This document shows positions 44,449 through 54,246 of a stretch of DNA of 64,000 bases, piece after piece (the first letter of the stretch is position 1; every line of letters starts with the position of its first letter). The notes beneath the pieces were generated by a model. The model had not been told where the DNA came from. It saw only the letters and a program-made list of their open reading frames with translations, and did not search any database. This DNA comes from Pseudomonadales bacterium (GTDB lineage Bacteria > Pseudomonadota > Gammaproteobacteria > Pseudomonadales > Pseudohongiellaceae): the NCBI GenBank assembly GCA_963665315.1, contig OY762274.1, positions 3,162,133 to 3,226,132 on the forward strand, given 5' to 3'. Both the position numbers and the translations under genes were made by a program.

Positions 44449-44634
44449 CTTGTTTTCCTCAAAGCCGGAATCAGAATCGTCGTTGTACCCCAAAAGCCGA
44501 AACAATATCCACCTGTTGTGATTTGTGGCCTCGAACCGTCGGTGGCGGATAGGGGGTTGCGGCGTCCGCCACACACATGGGACACCCATCGTTTTGTGGC
44601 ATGATTCATGGGACAGTCATCGGAGGGTAATGCC

Positions 44635-45753
44635 ATGTTTGATTCGACTCGTCGGCGATTTCTGCAGACCGGGGCGGTCGCGGGGCTCAGTCTTGCCGGG
44701 CGTCCCCTGCTGGCCCAACAAAGCACGGTTGCAACGGTCGTCGGAACCGGTGTCGCCGGCTTTGAGCCTGAGCCGAGCGGGGGCGCGGAGGCAACGGCCG
44801 CTCCGATCAACAATCCTTACGGTGTGGTGTTCGGTCCGGACAGTGCCTTGTATTTTTGCGAAGTCGACACGGGCCGCACGCGCCGCGTGAATCTCGAAAC
44901 CAATCGGCTTTCCACGGTTGCCGGCAATGGCGACAAGGGCTGGGAAGCGGAATCGCGCGTGCCAGCCGAGACGCCGTTTTCGGCCCCGCACGAGATTCGC
45001 TGGGATAGCGGCAACCTTTTCATTGTCGAGCGCGATTCGCACACGGTGCGGCGCATCGACGGGCGTCTCGGGCTTGTTACCACGCTCGCGGGCAACGGCG
45101 AGCCGGGCTATGCCGGAGACGGGCGGCCGGCGGTGCTGTCCCAGTTGCGCCAGCCGCACAGCATCGCTTTCGATCCGGACGGCAACCTGTTGATCTGCGA
45201 TATCGGCAACAGCCGCCTGCGCCGGGTAGACCGCCAGACGGGGGTGATCAGCACGATTTCGGGCACTGGAGAACGGGAACGGACGCCGGACAGTGGTCCG
45301 ATGACGGGTACGCCATTGATGGGACCGCGCTCGATCGACATCGCGCCGGACGGCATGGCTTATCTGGTGCTGCGAGAAGGCAACGCGGTGTACCGGCTTG
45401 ACCTGGCCGGCGACCGTCTCGAGCGTATTGCCGGCACGGGCGAACGGGGGTATGGCGGCGATGGTGCGGCAGCGCTCGATTGCACGTTCAACGGGCCGAA
45501 GGGCATCGCTTATTCTAGCCGCGACAATTCGCTCTATATCGTCGATACGGAAAATCATGTGATTCGCCGGATGTCGCTGACGTCGGGGTTAGTCGACACG
45601 GTGCTCGGCACGGGCGAGCGCGGCGACGGGCCGGACGGGGATCCGCTGGGGTGCATGCTGGATCGGCCGCACGGGGTTTGTATTCGCAACGGGGTGGTTT
45701 ACGTCACTGACAGTGAAAGTCACCGAATTCGGGCGATTTACGGGTTGATGTGA
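44635..45753 (+). CDS. Tat-exported NHL-repeat beta-propeller protein
   Basis: MFDSTRRRFLQTGAVAGLSLAG twin-arginine leader. Repeated NHL-type units follow (PYGVVFGPDSALYFCE, PHSIAFDPDGNLLICDIGNSRLRRV, PKGIAYSSRDNSLYIVDTENHVIRRM, PHGVCIRNGVVYVTDSESHRIRAI). Confidence 0.85.
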   Translation: MFDSTRRRFLQTGAVAGLSLAGRPLLAQQSTVATVVGTGVAGFEPEPSGGAEATAAPINNPYGVVFGPDSALYFCEVDTGRTRRVNLETNRLSTVAGNGDKGWEAESRVPAETPFSAPHEIRWDSGNLFIVERDSHTVRRIDGRLGLVTTLAGNGEPGYAGDGRPAVLSQLRQPHSIAFDPDGNLLICDIGNSRLRRVDRQTGVISTISGTGERERTPDSGPMTGTPLMGPRSIDIAPDGMAYLVLREGNAVYRLDLAGDRLERIAGTGERGYGGDGAAALDCTFNGPKGIAYSSRDNSLYIVDTENHVIRRMSLTSGLVDTVLGTGERGDGPDGDPLGCMLDRPHGVCIRNGVVYVTDSESHRIRAIYGLM

Positions 45754-45769
45754 TTGGTGGCTTCGAGCC

Positions 45770-46000
45770 GTCGCCGTCTGGTGTGCGAAATGCAGCGGAC
45801 GCTGTACATACTTCTGCGTTGACCGCCTTCGTTTAGTGTTGTGCATGCCATCCCTGGCGCAACTTTGGTGCTTTCGCCAACCCCCAGCCTTGCCATCCAT
45901 GGCAAGTCGTTCGGCCCTCAAAAAGCTTTGCTTTTTGCCGGCTGCGCCGAACGGGCCTCACCCTCGCACGCCCGCTGCATTTCGCACACCAGACGGCGAC
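45770..46000. mobile_element. MITE-like element bounded by perfect 29-bp terminal inverted repeats
   Basis: GTCGCCGTCTGGTGTGCGAAATGCAGCGG at 45770-45798 is the exact reverse complement of 45972-46000. The 173-bp interior has no credible ORF but holds two internal hairpins (CTTGCCAT-CC-ATGGCAAG near 45889-45906; CAAAAAGC-ttt-GCTTTTTG at 45919-45937). Confidence 0.55.
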
Positions 46001-46032
46001 TCACATTGTGCAGGTCCTTATGCTCTCCTCTC

Positions 46033-46069
46033 GTCATCCTGTGCGGAGCGAAGCGTAGTCGCAGAATCT
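46033..46069. repeat. REP-like unit, inverted copy of 19342-19378
   Basis: GTCATCCTGTGCGGAGCGAAGCGTAGTCGCAGAATCT. Its reverse complement matches AGATTCTGCGACTTCGCTTCGCTGCGCGCAGAATGAC at about 33 of 37 positions. Confidence 0.7.
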
Positions 46070-46087
46070 CCAGCCAACTCCTTTGTC

Positions 46088-47815
46088 TTATTGGTCAAGG
46101 ACTCGCAGGGTTATTTCGCCGATTTGCAGGTTGTTGTATTGGGGCGGGATTACTTCTATTTCTCCGTCGGTCAGGGACTGGCCGGGTTCCGGGACGTTCT
46201 GGTCCGGCGTCAGTTGCAGTTCTCTCCAGGCGTTGTCTTCGAGGCGGTACGCGGCGGCCATCACGGTGTTGAAATAATCCGCCGCGAGGATGTATTCGGG
46301 GTTTCCGTCGAGGTCGAGGTCAGCCTGGAACAGGGTCAGCTCGTCGACCTGGTCGGACCGAAGCAATTCGGCTACGGGTGAGGTCTGCATGGCGTCGAGC
46401 AAGGCGTCGGGTATGGCGAAGGGGACGGGGCGGTAGGTGACCTGGCTGCGGAAATCGATCCTGTTTGCCGGGTCCAGGGGAAATCCGGTAAAAGTTGGTC
46501 TGACCGGTTCGGACACGAGTTGCGCGAGTTCCGGATTTGATTCGCGGTTTTGCTCAATGATTTGCTGCATCCACAGGTACGCCGGGCGGCCCATGTTTTC
46601 ACGGGCGTCGAAGAAATCGAATTCTTCCAGGGCGATTTCGCCGCGGTCTACCCGGTTCTGCTGACTGGCAAGCGAGATCTTGCGGAAATCGAGCAAGGGG
46701 GAGTTCAACAGTAGAGCGAGGGCGATCATCAATATGCTCATCGGCAGGTTGACGCGTGCGAGTTTGCCGGTCCATTGCTCCCGGAAGCGGACGACGCTGC
46801 CTGCATAGCCGAGAGAGAACAAGGTGATCAGCAGGCTGATCATCAGCGCCCAGCAGCGCGCCACGGTCCAGCCGTACTGGTCTACCCGCAAGTAAAGCCC
46901 GTATAGCGCGAGCAGGGATATCACCGGCAACAAGGCGATGCCGGCGCAAAGCAGACGATGCAATGGCAGTGGATACGGCTCGAGGTCGCCGCGCTGATAA
47001 ACGGCGTTCAGGCCGAACAGCGCAAACAGGTTCAAGGCCATGAGCAGGGCGGTGCCGTTGCCGGTGTCCCACAGGGGCTCGAGGCCGGTAAACGGCAGGG
47101 CCGCGAGAAACAGCACCGTTACCGTCAGCACCAGGGGCAGCAGCAACCACATGAGGCCCTGCAACAGGCTGGTGATGCCGCCGATGACGTTGGCCAGGCC
47201 GCGGAAGATGAAAATGCCCAGACCGACGACGACGGCCAGCACGGGAAACAGGAACCAGTCTTCGGTGAACAATTCGAAGAAAAACTCGATGCCGATGACG
47301 CGGAACAACTCGCCCCAGAGCATCAATATGCCGAATACTCCCAGCGTCAGCGCCCAGGACAGCGCAGCCACCAGGGCGTTGCGCCAGGAATCGGTAAAAA
47401 TTTCCGCGTAGTCCGGAGTCCTGCCGTGGACGATGGGCCGAAGGAAAAGCAAGGCCAGGAAACATCCCAGCAGCAGCGGCAGGACGTAAGTGGCGATTAT
47501 CGAATCCGGCGGAAACTCGCCGAACGGCGTTACCTGCCAACCGATATAGACTCCGAGCAGCGCCAGCAGCGCGCAAAACGAGCCGACGACTATCGCCGTC
47601 TTGCGCTCGTTTCGATCTTCCAGGCCAAGCAACAGAAACAGCGGCAGCGTTACCGAGATCGTCCAGAGCGGAAAATTCACCGCCGGAGTCTGGCTTGGCC
47701 AGACCTGGTTCTCTGCCGCGCGCCAAAGCAGAAACAGCGCCAATCCCTGTAGCAGCGAAATCAGCAACATGAGCGGCAGCCGCGGACGAACCGGTATCGG
47801 TGAGTAATCTGTCAT
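46088..47815 (-). CDS. Polytopic inner-membrane protein (possibly DUF4153-like; family uncertain)
   Basis: 575 aa with about 10-12 hydrophobic helices over the first 370 aa, then a soluble C-terminal domain. No catalytic motif recognised. Confidence 0.65.
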   Translation of the reverse strand: MTDYSPIPVRPRLPLMLLISLLQGLALFLLWRAAENQVWPSQTPAVNFPLWTISVTLPLFLLLGLEDRNERKTAIVVGSFCALLALLGVYIGWQVTPFGEFPPDSIIATYVLPLLLGCFLALLFLRPIVHGRTPDYAEIFTDSWRNALVAALSWALTLGVFGILMLWGELFRVIGIEFFFELFTEDWFLFPVLAVVVGLGIFIFRGLANVIGGITSLLQGLMWLLLPLVLTVTVLFLAALPFTGLEPLWDTGNGTALLMALNLFALFGLNAVYQRGDLEPYPLPLHRLLCAGIALLPVISLLALYGLYLRVDQYGWTVARCWALMISLLITLFSLGYAGSVVRFREQWTGKLARVNLPMSILMIALALLLNSPLLDFRKISLASQQNRVDRGEIALEEFDFFDARENMGRPAYLWMQQIIEQNRESNPELAQLVSEPVRPTFTGFPLDPANRIDFRSQVTYRPVPFAIPDALLDAMQTSPVAELLRSDQVDELTLFQADLDLDGNPEYILAADYFNTVMAAAYRLEDNAWRELQLTPDQNVPEPGQSLTDGEIEVIPPQYNNLQIGEITLRVLDQ

Positions 47816-47866
47816 TTCCGACCTCCCGGTTTCAGAAAGCGACGCGCGACCGGTTTTTCCCTTCGG

Positions 47867-48940
47867 TCAAGGCGCCACGGGAACGAATTGTTGCACGCGC
47901 CGCCCTTCCTGTTCGGCGACATAGACGTTGCCGCGGGAATCCACGGCGATGCCGTGGGGCAGTTCGAACTGCCCCGGGTAGCGTCCGGGTCCGGCGCCGA
48001 AACTCGCCAGTTTTTTGCCGGTGTCGCGGTCGAGCACGTCGACCATGACGCTGTTCTGGTTGACTACATAGATGTGGCGCTGCGCCGCGTCTGGAGAAAA
48101 GCCGAGTACGACGGCAGTGCCGCGCGCGCCGCTTGCGCGGCCGGCCGGATCACTCATGGGCGAAAAGACGACGGAAATATTGCGCACGAATTCGCCTTGA
48201 CGGTTAAAGACCTGGATTCGATCCGCGCGGCGGTCGCAAACGTAAACGAGCCCGTCATCGGAAAGCCGAATGCAATGCGGCAGTTCGATGATGTCCGCCT
48301 CGCCCGGTTCGCGGCGCAGGCGCCATTGCCGCAGAAAATTGCCTTCGCGGTCCAGCACCGCGATGCGGGCATTGCCGCCGGGCAGTTCGCCGTCCGCCAC
48401 ATAGATATCGCCATTGCCGTCGGTATCGATGGCCGAGGGCAGGAAGAATTGCGCGCTGTCGGAATTCAGCGGCTGGCCCTGGCGGCTGCCGTCGGATGAA
48501 TCGAAACGTCCGGATTCGCCGACTTGCAACAGCAGGCTGCCATCCGCTGGGTCGTATTTCTGAATATGACCGGTGGCCGCGGCGACGATCCAGAGATTAC
48601 CGTCGGCGTCCGCGTGACAATCGTGCAGCCGGCCGCCGAGCAATTCCGGATCGCCCCAGCCGCGCACGACTTCTCCTGCCGGATTCAGTTCGATGATGGG
48701 CGGGGCGAGCAAGGCGCCGTCGAGATCGTCCTCGACCACATTTTGCCGGTTAAGCAGATACACATGGTCGCGGTCGTCGACACACATGCCGCCCAGGCCG
48801 CCGGTCAGCCAGTTGCCGCCAAGAGGCGCCTGCGGCCAGGCCGGATTTACCCGGAATTCAAGCGGCTGCGCCAAAGCAGCCGCGGCCACGGCCGCCAGCA
48901 GCAGGCCAAGGGCCGTAGCGATGGTCCGGCAAATCCTCAA
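47867..48940 (-). CDS. Secreted NHL-repeat six-bladed beta-propeller protein
   Basis: Signal peptide MRICRTIATALGLLLAAVAAAALAQ. NHL-like units follow (for example GQFELPHGIAVDSRGNVYVAEQEGRRVQQF and LPHCIRLSDDGLVYVCDRRADRIQVF). Confidence 0.8.
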   Translation of the reverse strand: MRICRTIATALGLLLAAVAAAALAQPLEFRVNPAWPQAPLGGNWLTGGLGGMCVDDRDHVYLLNRQNVVEDDLDGALLAPPIIELNPAGEVVRGWGDPELLGGRLHDCHADADGNLWIVAAATGHIQKYDPADGSLLLQVGESGRFDSSDGSRQGQPLNSDSAQFFLPSAIDTDGNGDIYVADGELPGGNARIAVLDREGNFLRQWRLRREPGEADIIELPHCIRLSDDGLVYVCDRRADRIQVFNRQGEFVRNISVVFSPMSDPAGRASGARGTAVVLGFSPDAAQRHIYVVNQNSVMVDVLDRDTGKKLASFGAGPGRYPGQFELPHGIAVDSRGNVYVAEQEGRRVQQFVPVAP

Positions 48941-50361
48941 GGCAAAGGCACCTCATCACTTTCAACGGCTCTGGCCCTGGTGAAAGCGGCTACCGGTTCC
49001 GCGGTCCGTACCTGCTCCAGCCAGAATACGCCGTCGAAGGGGTGACTGTTGCCGCGAGTGCCGAGAAAATCCATGTCACCGTCACCGTCGAGGTCACGGG
49101 CGATGAACTTGTCGAACATGCCGCGCTTGCGCCGGGAGATGTCGTGGCGCGTCCAGTCGGCCCTGGCGTCGCCCGGATTTTCAAACCAGCCGATCCGGCC
49201 GAGGGGATCGTTGATATCGACATCGCCGTCGCCCGTGCGCAGGCCGCGGCTGTAACTGCCGACCATGACGTCGAGGTCGCCGTCACCGTCGATATCGGCC
49301 ATTTCCATGCCGGTCACGCTATCCGGTGCGAAACTGCCGATGGCAAAGGCGTTCCAGGCGTCGCCCTTGCGCGCGGGCTGTTCGATCCAGGAAATGCCGC
49401 GGGCGGCCGCGCCGATGATATCCAGCCGGCCGTCGCCGCTGAGATCGGCGTATTCCAGATTGAAACCGGACATTGCCGGGCCATTGATGCCGATCGCGTG
49501 TTCGGCGAATTCGAGATCATCGTCGCCGAGGTTCTCGAAAAACACCAGCCGGCCTTCGCCGCGCGTACCGACCATGATGTCGAGGTCGCCGTCACCGTCG
49601 AGATCGACCGGTTCGGCGTTTTGCGGAATGCTGTAGTTGCCGAGCACCAGGCGTTGCCAGGAGTCGCCGTCGAGAGGGTCGCCGTCGAGCTTGTACAGCT
49701 CCACCGGGGTGGAGCGGGCGTAATCGTCCGGACCCGGAACCTGGGCGCCCTTGTTCGGAGCCGAGACCTCGGGGATGCCGTCACCGTCGAGGTCGGCGGC
49801 GAAAACGCGAATGTAGGAGCCGCGGTCCCGGGTCATCGGCAATATCAGGCGCGGCCAATGTTCCTCGCGCGCGCCGGGGCCGGGGTTCTGCAGGTAGATG
49901 ATGTGGGAAAGTTCCGCGGCCGCCAGCACGTCGAGATAACCGTCGCCGTTCATGTCGGCAAGCGCGGCGTCTTCCGGGGCCGGCGCTTCCTTGCCCTCGG
50001 CCAGGGTGATATTGGTCCAGCGGTCCGGCGATTCGGATGCGAATGCGATCCGCACATGACCGGCCGGCGGCGGCTCGAAACCGGCAATGAATCGCGTCGA
50101 ATCGTACTCGGCGTCGGATTCGTGGACCGAAACCACGTCCTCGTAACCGTCCTTGTCCAGATCTCCCATGACAAGGCCGTCGCTGCCGCTGAAGGGCGCG
50201 CCGGCGACTACCGAATCGTCGATGATGTGCTCGCGCCAGCTTATGAAGCTGCCGTCCGCGGCCTGCGCGCGGGTGGGCGCATCGCCGACCGGCATTTGCG
50301 CCGATGCGGTCCCGGCGAGAAGCACCAATAGAAAAGCCATGCAGGGAACAGACTTGATCAT
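48937..50361 (-). CDS. Secreted FG-GAP/VCBS-repeat (integrin-alpha-like) protein
   Basis: Signal peptide MIKSVPCMAFLLVLLAGTASAQ. Repeated calcium-binding-type DxDGDG motifs follow (DLDKDGYED, DMNGDGYLD, DLDGDGIPE, DLDGDGDLD, DLSGDGRLD, DIDGDGDLD, DLDGDGDMD). ATG at 50361 with a GGAGGG RBS; the upstream track extension was rejected. Confidence 0.85.
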   Translation of the reverse strand: MIKSVPCMAFLLVLLAGTASAQMPVGDAPTRAQAADGSFISWREHIIDDSVVAGAPFSGSDGLVMGDLDKDGYEDVVSVHESDAEYDSTRFIAGFEPPPAGHVRIAFASESPDRWTNITLAEGKEAPAPEDAALADMNGDGYLDVLAAAELSHIIYLQNPGPGAREEHWPRLILPMTRDRGSYIRVFAADLDGDGIPEVSAPNKGAQVPGPDDYARSTPVELYKLDGDPLDGDSWQRLVLGNYSIPQNAEPVDLDGDGDLDIMVGTRGEGRLVFFENLGDDDLEFAEHAIGINGPAMSGFNLEYADLSGDGRLDIIGAAARGISWIEQPARKGDAWNAFAIGSFAPDSVTGMEMADIDGDGDLDVMVGSYSRGLRTGDGDVDINDPLGRIGWFENPGDARADWTRHDISRRKRGMFDKFIARDLDGDGDMDFLGTRGNSHPFDGVFWLEQVRTAEPVAAFTRARAVESDEVPLP

Positions 50362-50484
50362 TTTCGCCCTCCGGGTAACAGGGCGATAGTAACAGAATCG
50401 CGCTGCGGCCAAAGTCGATTCGGAAATCGTAGACGCGACGGCCCGTGGCCGGGATAATTGCGCGCAATTCTGACGGAAACTGTC

Positions 50485-51792
50485 ATGGCCTCGAACAATT
50501 TTCGCTCTTTCACCGTCGTCGCAGTCATTATCGCCAACATGATAGGCACCGGGGTTTTCACCAGCCTCGGATTTCAGTTGGTGGATATCCGTTCGGGATT
50601 TGCCCTGATCATGTTGTGGGCCATCGGCGGATTGGTGGCGCTTGGCGGCGCGCTGACCTACGCCGAACTCGGTGCGGCCCTGCCTCGTTCCGGTGGAGAG
50701 TACAATCTGCTGCGCCGGATCTACCATCCTGCCGCGGGATTCGTCTCGGGCTGGATTTCTTCGACTATCGGCTTTGCCGGGCCCACGGCGCTCGGTGCGA
50801 TGACCTTCGCCGCTTACCTGTCATCAGTATTCCCCGACGGATTGAGCGACGGCATGCGCAAGCTGGTGGCCGCCGCGCTGGTGATTGTCATGGCCCTGGC
50901 CCACGCCACCAATCATCGCACCAGCGGCAGCACGCAACTGTTTTTCACCAATTTCAAGATCATCATTATCCTGGGATTCTGTCTGCTGGCGCTGCTCGTC
51001 ACCAATGATCCGCAGCCGGTGAATTTCCTTCCCCAGGCAAGCGACGGGGCGGTGCTGACGAGTTCCGTTTTCGCGGTGTCGCTGATCTATGTCAGCTTCG
51101 CATACTCCGGCTGGAACGCGGCCACCTATCTGAGCAGCGAAGTCGACAATCCGCAGCGGAACCTGCCCTGGATTCTGGTAACAGGGACCTCGATCGTTAC
51201 CGTCCTGTATGTATTGTTGAACTTCGTCTTCCTCTATGTCGCGCCGATGGATGCGATGGTGGGCCAGGTGGAAGTCGGCGCAATCGTCGCCGAAACCGCC
51301 CTGGGGACGGCCGGAGGCCAGTTTGTCGGCCTTGTGTTCGCCTTGCTGCTGATCTCGACCGTCAGCGCGATGACGATGGCCGGGCCACGGGTTATCCAAG
51401 TCATCGGCGAGGATTATCCGGCATTGGGATTTTTCGGCCGCACCAATCGCCACGGCATTCCCTCCGTTGCCATTTACACCCAGACCGCGGTCGCGCTGAC
51501 GTTTATTCTGACCTCGACCTTCGAGTCGGTGCTGGTCTTTGCCGGCTTCACCATGGCTCTTAACAGCTCGGCCGCGGTATTCGGCGTTTTTGTCTTGCGC
51601 CGGCGGCAACCGGACCTGCCGCGGCCCTATCGCACTTTCCTGTTTCCGCTTCCGCCCCTGATCTATTTGACGGTGATGGGCTGGACGCTCACTTTTACGC
51701 TGATCAACCGCCCGGTCGAGGCCCTGGGCTCGCTGGCGATCATCGGCAGCGGATTGCTGTTTTACTTCTTGACCTTGAGATTCCAGCGCTGA
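50485..51792 (+). CDS. APC-superfamily amino acid permease
   Basis: 435 aa, 12 predicted TM helices. N-terminal block VIIANMIGTGVFTSLGF and GGALTYAELGAALPRSGGEY are typical of APC transporters. Confidence 0.88.
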   Translation: MASNNFRSFTVVAVIIANMIGTGVFTSLGFQLVDIRSGFALIMLWAIGGLVALGGALTYAELGAALPRSGGEYNLLRRIYHPAAGFVSGWISSTIGFAGPTALGAMTFAAYLSSVFPDGLSDGMRKLVAAALVIVMALAHATNHRTSGSTQLFFTNFKIIIILGFCLLALLVTNDPQPVNFLPQASDGAVLTSSVFAVSLIYVSFAYSGWNAATYLSSEVDNPQRNLPWILVTGTSIVTVLYVLLNFVFLYVAPMDAMVGQVEVGAIVAETALGTAGGQFVGLVFALLLISTVSAMTMAGPRVIQVIGEDYPALGFFGRTNRHGIPSVAIYTQTAVALTFILTSTFESVLVFAGFTMALNSSAAVFGVFVLRRRQPDLPRPYRTFLFPLPPLIYLTVMGWTLTFTLINRPVEALGSLAIIGSGLLFYFLTLRFQR

Positions 51793-51880
51793 AGCTCTTT
51801 ACGCGGCTCGCCGGGGCAGTGTTATATTGTTGCTTTCCCAGATTTCACAATGTCGGCAAATATGCCGGAGGACCAGAACA

Positions 51881-52933
51881 ATGAGCAATTCCCGAACCTT
51901 CAGATTGACTCCCGCGCCATTCGCGGCCGCCCTCTTGCTCGCCCTGTCCGGCGCGCATATCGCGGCGCAGGAATTCCAGGTCAACCCTTCGACGCAGGAT
52001 TCCGAAAGGCTGGTGACGCTGGAGACGCTGGCGGAGTGGGAAGAGGAGCTTTCCAACTGGGGACGCTGGGGGCCGGACGATCAGCGCGGCACGCTGAACC
52101 TGATCACTCCCGAAAAGACTGTGCAGGCCGCATCGCTGGTACAGTCCGGCGAGACGGTTACCCTGCAGCATTTCGTGCTCAAGGAGCGGGCCATGGACAG
52201 CCAGTCCTTCGGTCCTTACGAACATTGGATGAGCCGGGTCGATCCGGTGACCGGCGAACCTTCGTTCGCGCTCGATGAAATCCAGTTCTCGCTCCATGAC
52301 GGCATGCTTTCGCACATTGACGCGCTGTGCCATTACCGCACCGAGATCGACGGCCGCTTCGTCATTTTCAATGGCTACGACCAGAATCTGACAGTCAACG
52401 GCTGCGAAGACCTGGCGGTGGACCGCATGGGCACTTCCTATGTGACTCGCGGCGTGCTGGTGGACATACCGCTCATGCGCGGCGTCGATTATCTCGACCC
52501 GAGTACGCCGATATACGTGGAAGACCTGGAAGCCTGGGAGGAATTCGCGGGCGTGACGATCGGCAGCGGCGACGCATTGCTGGTGCGTGGCGGCCGCTGG
52601 GCGCGCCGTGACGATGTGGGCCCATGGGCTTACGGTCAAGGCGGCGCGGGATTACACGCTTCGGTGTTGCCCTGGCTGCGCGAGCGCGATGTGGCGATTC
52701 TCGTCGGCGATGCGGTCAATGACGTCCAGCCCTCGGGTGTGGAAGGCATAAACCGTCCGATTCACCAACTCACCCAGGTGAACCTCGGCCTGCCACTAGT
52801 AGACAATGGCTATCTGCAAGCTGTGGCGGAAGCGGCCGAGCGGCACCAGCGCTGGGAGTTCATGGTTTCGATCCAGATCAACCAGATCGAAGGCGGAACC
52901 GCCAGCCCGTTCAACGCCAACGCCACGTTCTGA
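51881..52933 (+). CDS. Secreted putative cyclase / kynurenine-formamidase-like family protein (PF04199-like)
   Basis: Signal peptide, then WGRWGPDDQRGTLNLITPEK and the LHDGMLSHIDALCH block (a variant of HxGTHxDxPxH). A GGAGGA RBS precedes ATG 51881. Confidence 0.7.
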   Translation: MSNSRTFRLTPAPFAAALLLALSGAHIAAQEFQVNPSTQDSERLVTLETLAEWEEELSNWGRWGPDDQRGTLNLITPEKTVQAASLVQSGETVTLQHFVLKERAMDSQSFGPYEHWMSRVDPVTGEPSFALDEIQFSLHDGMLSHIDALCHYRTEIDGRFVIFNGYDQNLTVNGCEDLAVDRMGTSYVTRGVLVDIPLMRGVDYLDPSTPIYVEDLEAWEEFAGVTIGSGDALLVRGGRWARRDDVGPWAYGQGGAGLHASVLPWLRERDVAILVGDAVNDVQPSGVEGINRPIHQLTQVNLGLPLVDNGYLQAVAEAAERHQRWEFMVSIQINQIEGGTASPFNANATF

Positions 52934-53060
52934 TTTTTTTGATTTTGTGACTTCAGGCGGGACCGCGAGGGATGGGTGTTCCTTGGATTTGTGTAACTCG
53001 ACAATATGAATAATGTCGAGTAAACTCTACAACAATTATATTGTAGAGTGAACTCGACAG

Positions 53061-54233
53061 ATGGAAAACGACCAACTGCTCGAAATCGCCCGTGACTGGA
53101 GTTTCTGGGACCGCAAACCGCCGAAATCCGTGGCGCGGGCCATCGAATTGCCCAAGGCGCTTTCCAACCGCACCACCCTTGTCATCCAGGGAGTGCGCCG
53201 CTGCGGCAAATCCACCCTGCTCACCCAGTTGATCGGCCGATACGGGCTGGAAAGGAAAAATTGCCTGTTCGTCAATTTCGAGGACCCCCGCCTCGCCGGC
53301 AACCTGAATTTTGAATGCCTGGAGAATTTTACGCAGGCCTTCGCCGGCGCAAGGCCGGGTGCGGCGGCGCTCACGGTTTTTCTGGACGAAATTCAATGGG
53401 TGGAGGGATGGGAGCGATGGCTGAGTTCGAAACTGGAACGACCCGGTCGCTTCCGGTTCGTGATCAGCGGGTCCAATGCTCATCTGCTTTCGGGGGAGTT
53501 GTCCACGGTACTGACCGGCCGGCATATTACCGTCGAATTGTTTCCCTTCGACCCGGCCGAGTTCCGCAAGCTTCGCCCCGAAGGCTCGCTCACTGACTAC
53601 CTGCATAGCGGCGGCTTCCCGGAACCGGTCGGCAGCGAGGACGGAGACCTGTTGCTGCGCCAGTATTTCAGTGACATATTGCAGCGCGACGTACGCGAAC
53701 GGGTAGGCGCACGGTCGTCACTCGGCCTGAGGCAAGTCGTGCAGATGGTTTTCGAGTCCGCCGGCTCCGAACTCAGCCTGCGCAGGATCGCCGCCGCCGG
53801 CGGCGTCGCGGTCGAAACCGCGGCGGCCTGGCTCGAAGCCTGCGAGCAGGCGTACCTGCTTTTTTCCTGCCCCTGGTTCGCCTTCTCGGAACGCAAGCGC
53901 TCGCACCGCAACCGGAAGTATTACCCGGTCGATACCGCCCTGCGGCGTGTTTCCGTGACGCGCACGGGCCGGGATGTGGGCAAGGCGCTCGAATGCGCCA
54001 CTTTCGTCGAACTGAGGAAGCGCGGATTCGATGTGTTCTACTGGCGGGATGCCGGCGAGGTGGATTTCGTCGTTCAATCCGCCAACGGTCCGACGCCGGT
54101 CCAGGTTACTCTCGGAGGCGCCACCGAGCGCCACATGCGCTCACTGGACGCCTTTTACGAAACCTTCCCGAACGCCGCGGAAGCCGTGGTCGTAACCATG
54201 GACAACTTCCCGGATGTCCTTGCCCGCGTCTGA
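53061..54233 (+). CDS. AAA-type ATPase with C-terminal DUF4143-like domain (COG1373 family)
   Basis: Walker A VIQGVRRCGKSTLL, Walker B VFLDEIQ, and a C-terminal FVELRKRGFDVFYWRDAGEVDFVV block typical of the family. Upstream lie palindromes ACTCGACA/TGTCGAGT (52996-53021) and CTCTACAA/TTGTAGAG (53025-53048). Confidence 0.85.
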   Translation: MENDQLLEIARDWSFWDRKPPKSVARAIELPKALSNRTTLVIQGVRRCGKSTLLTQLIGRYGLERKNCLFVNFEDPRLAGNLNFECLENFTQAFAGARPGAAALTVFLDEIQWVEGWERWLSSKLERPGRFRFVISGSNAHLLSGELSTVLTGRHITVELFPFDPAEFRKLRPEGSLTDYLHSGGFPEPVGSEDGDLLLRQYFSDILQRDVRERVGARSSLGLRQVVQMVFESAGSELSLRRIAAAGGVAVETAAAWLEACEQAYLLFSCPWFAFSERKRSHRNRKYYPVDTALRRVSVTRTGRDVGKALECATFVELRKRGFDVFYWRDAGEVDFVVQSANGPTPVQVTLGGATERHMRSLDAFYETFPNAAEAVVVTMDNFPDVLARV

Positions 54234-54246
54234 TTCCGGGAGAGGG

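Noticed and set aside
48937-50727. 596-aa version of the FG-GAP ORF, and the similar upstream extensions of hldE, waaA, pepQ, glcB and the cyclase in the ORF track
   Set aside because: In each case an internal ATG with a Shine-Dalgarno sequence and/or the start of a signal peptide or conserved N-terminal block gives the family-typical length. The extensions have no similarity and often overlap neighbouring genes.
53061-54233. Reading the COG1373 ATPase as part of a defined defence system
   Set aside because: No partner nuclease, methylase or other recognisable effector is adjacent on the same strand. The ATPase family is widespread and often solitary, so only the island context is reported.
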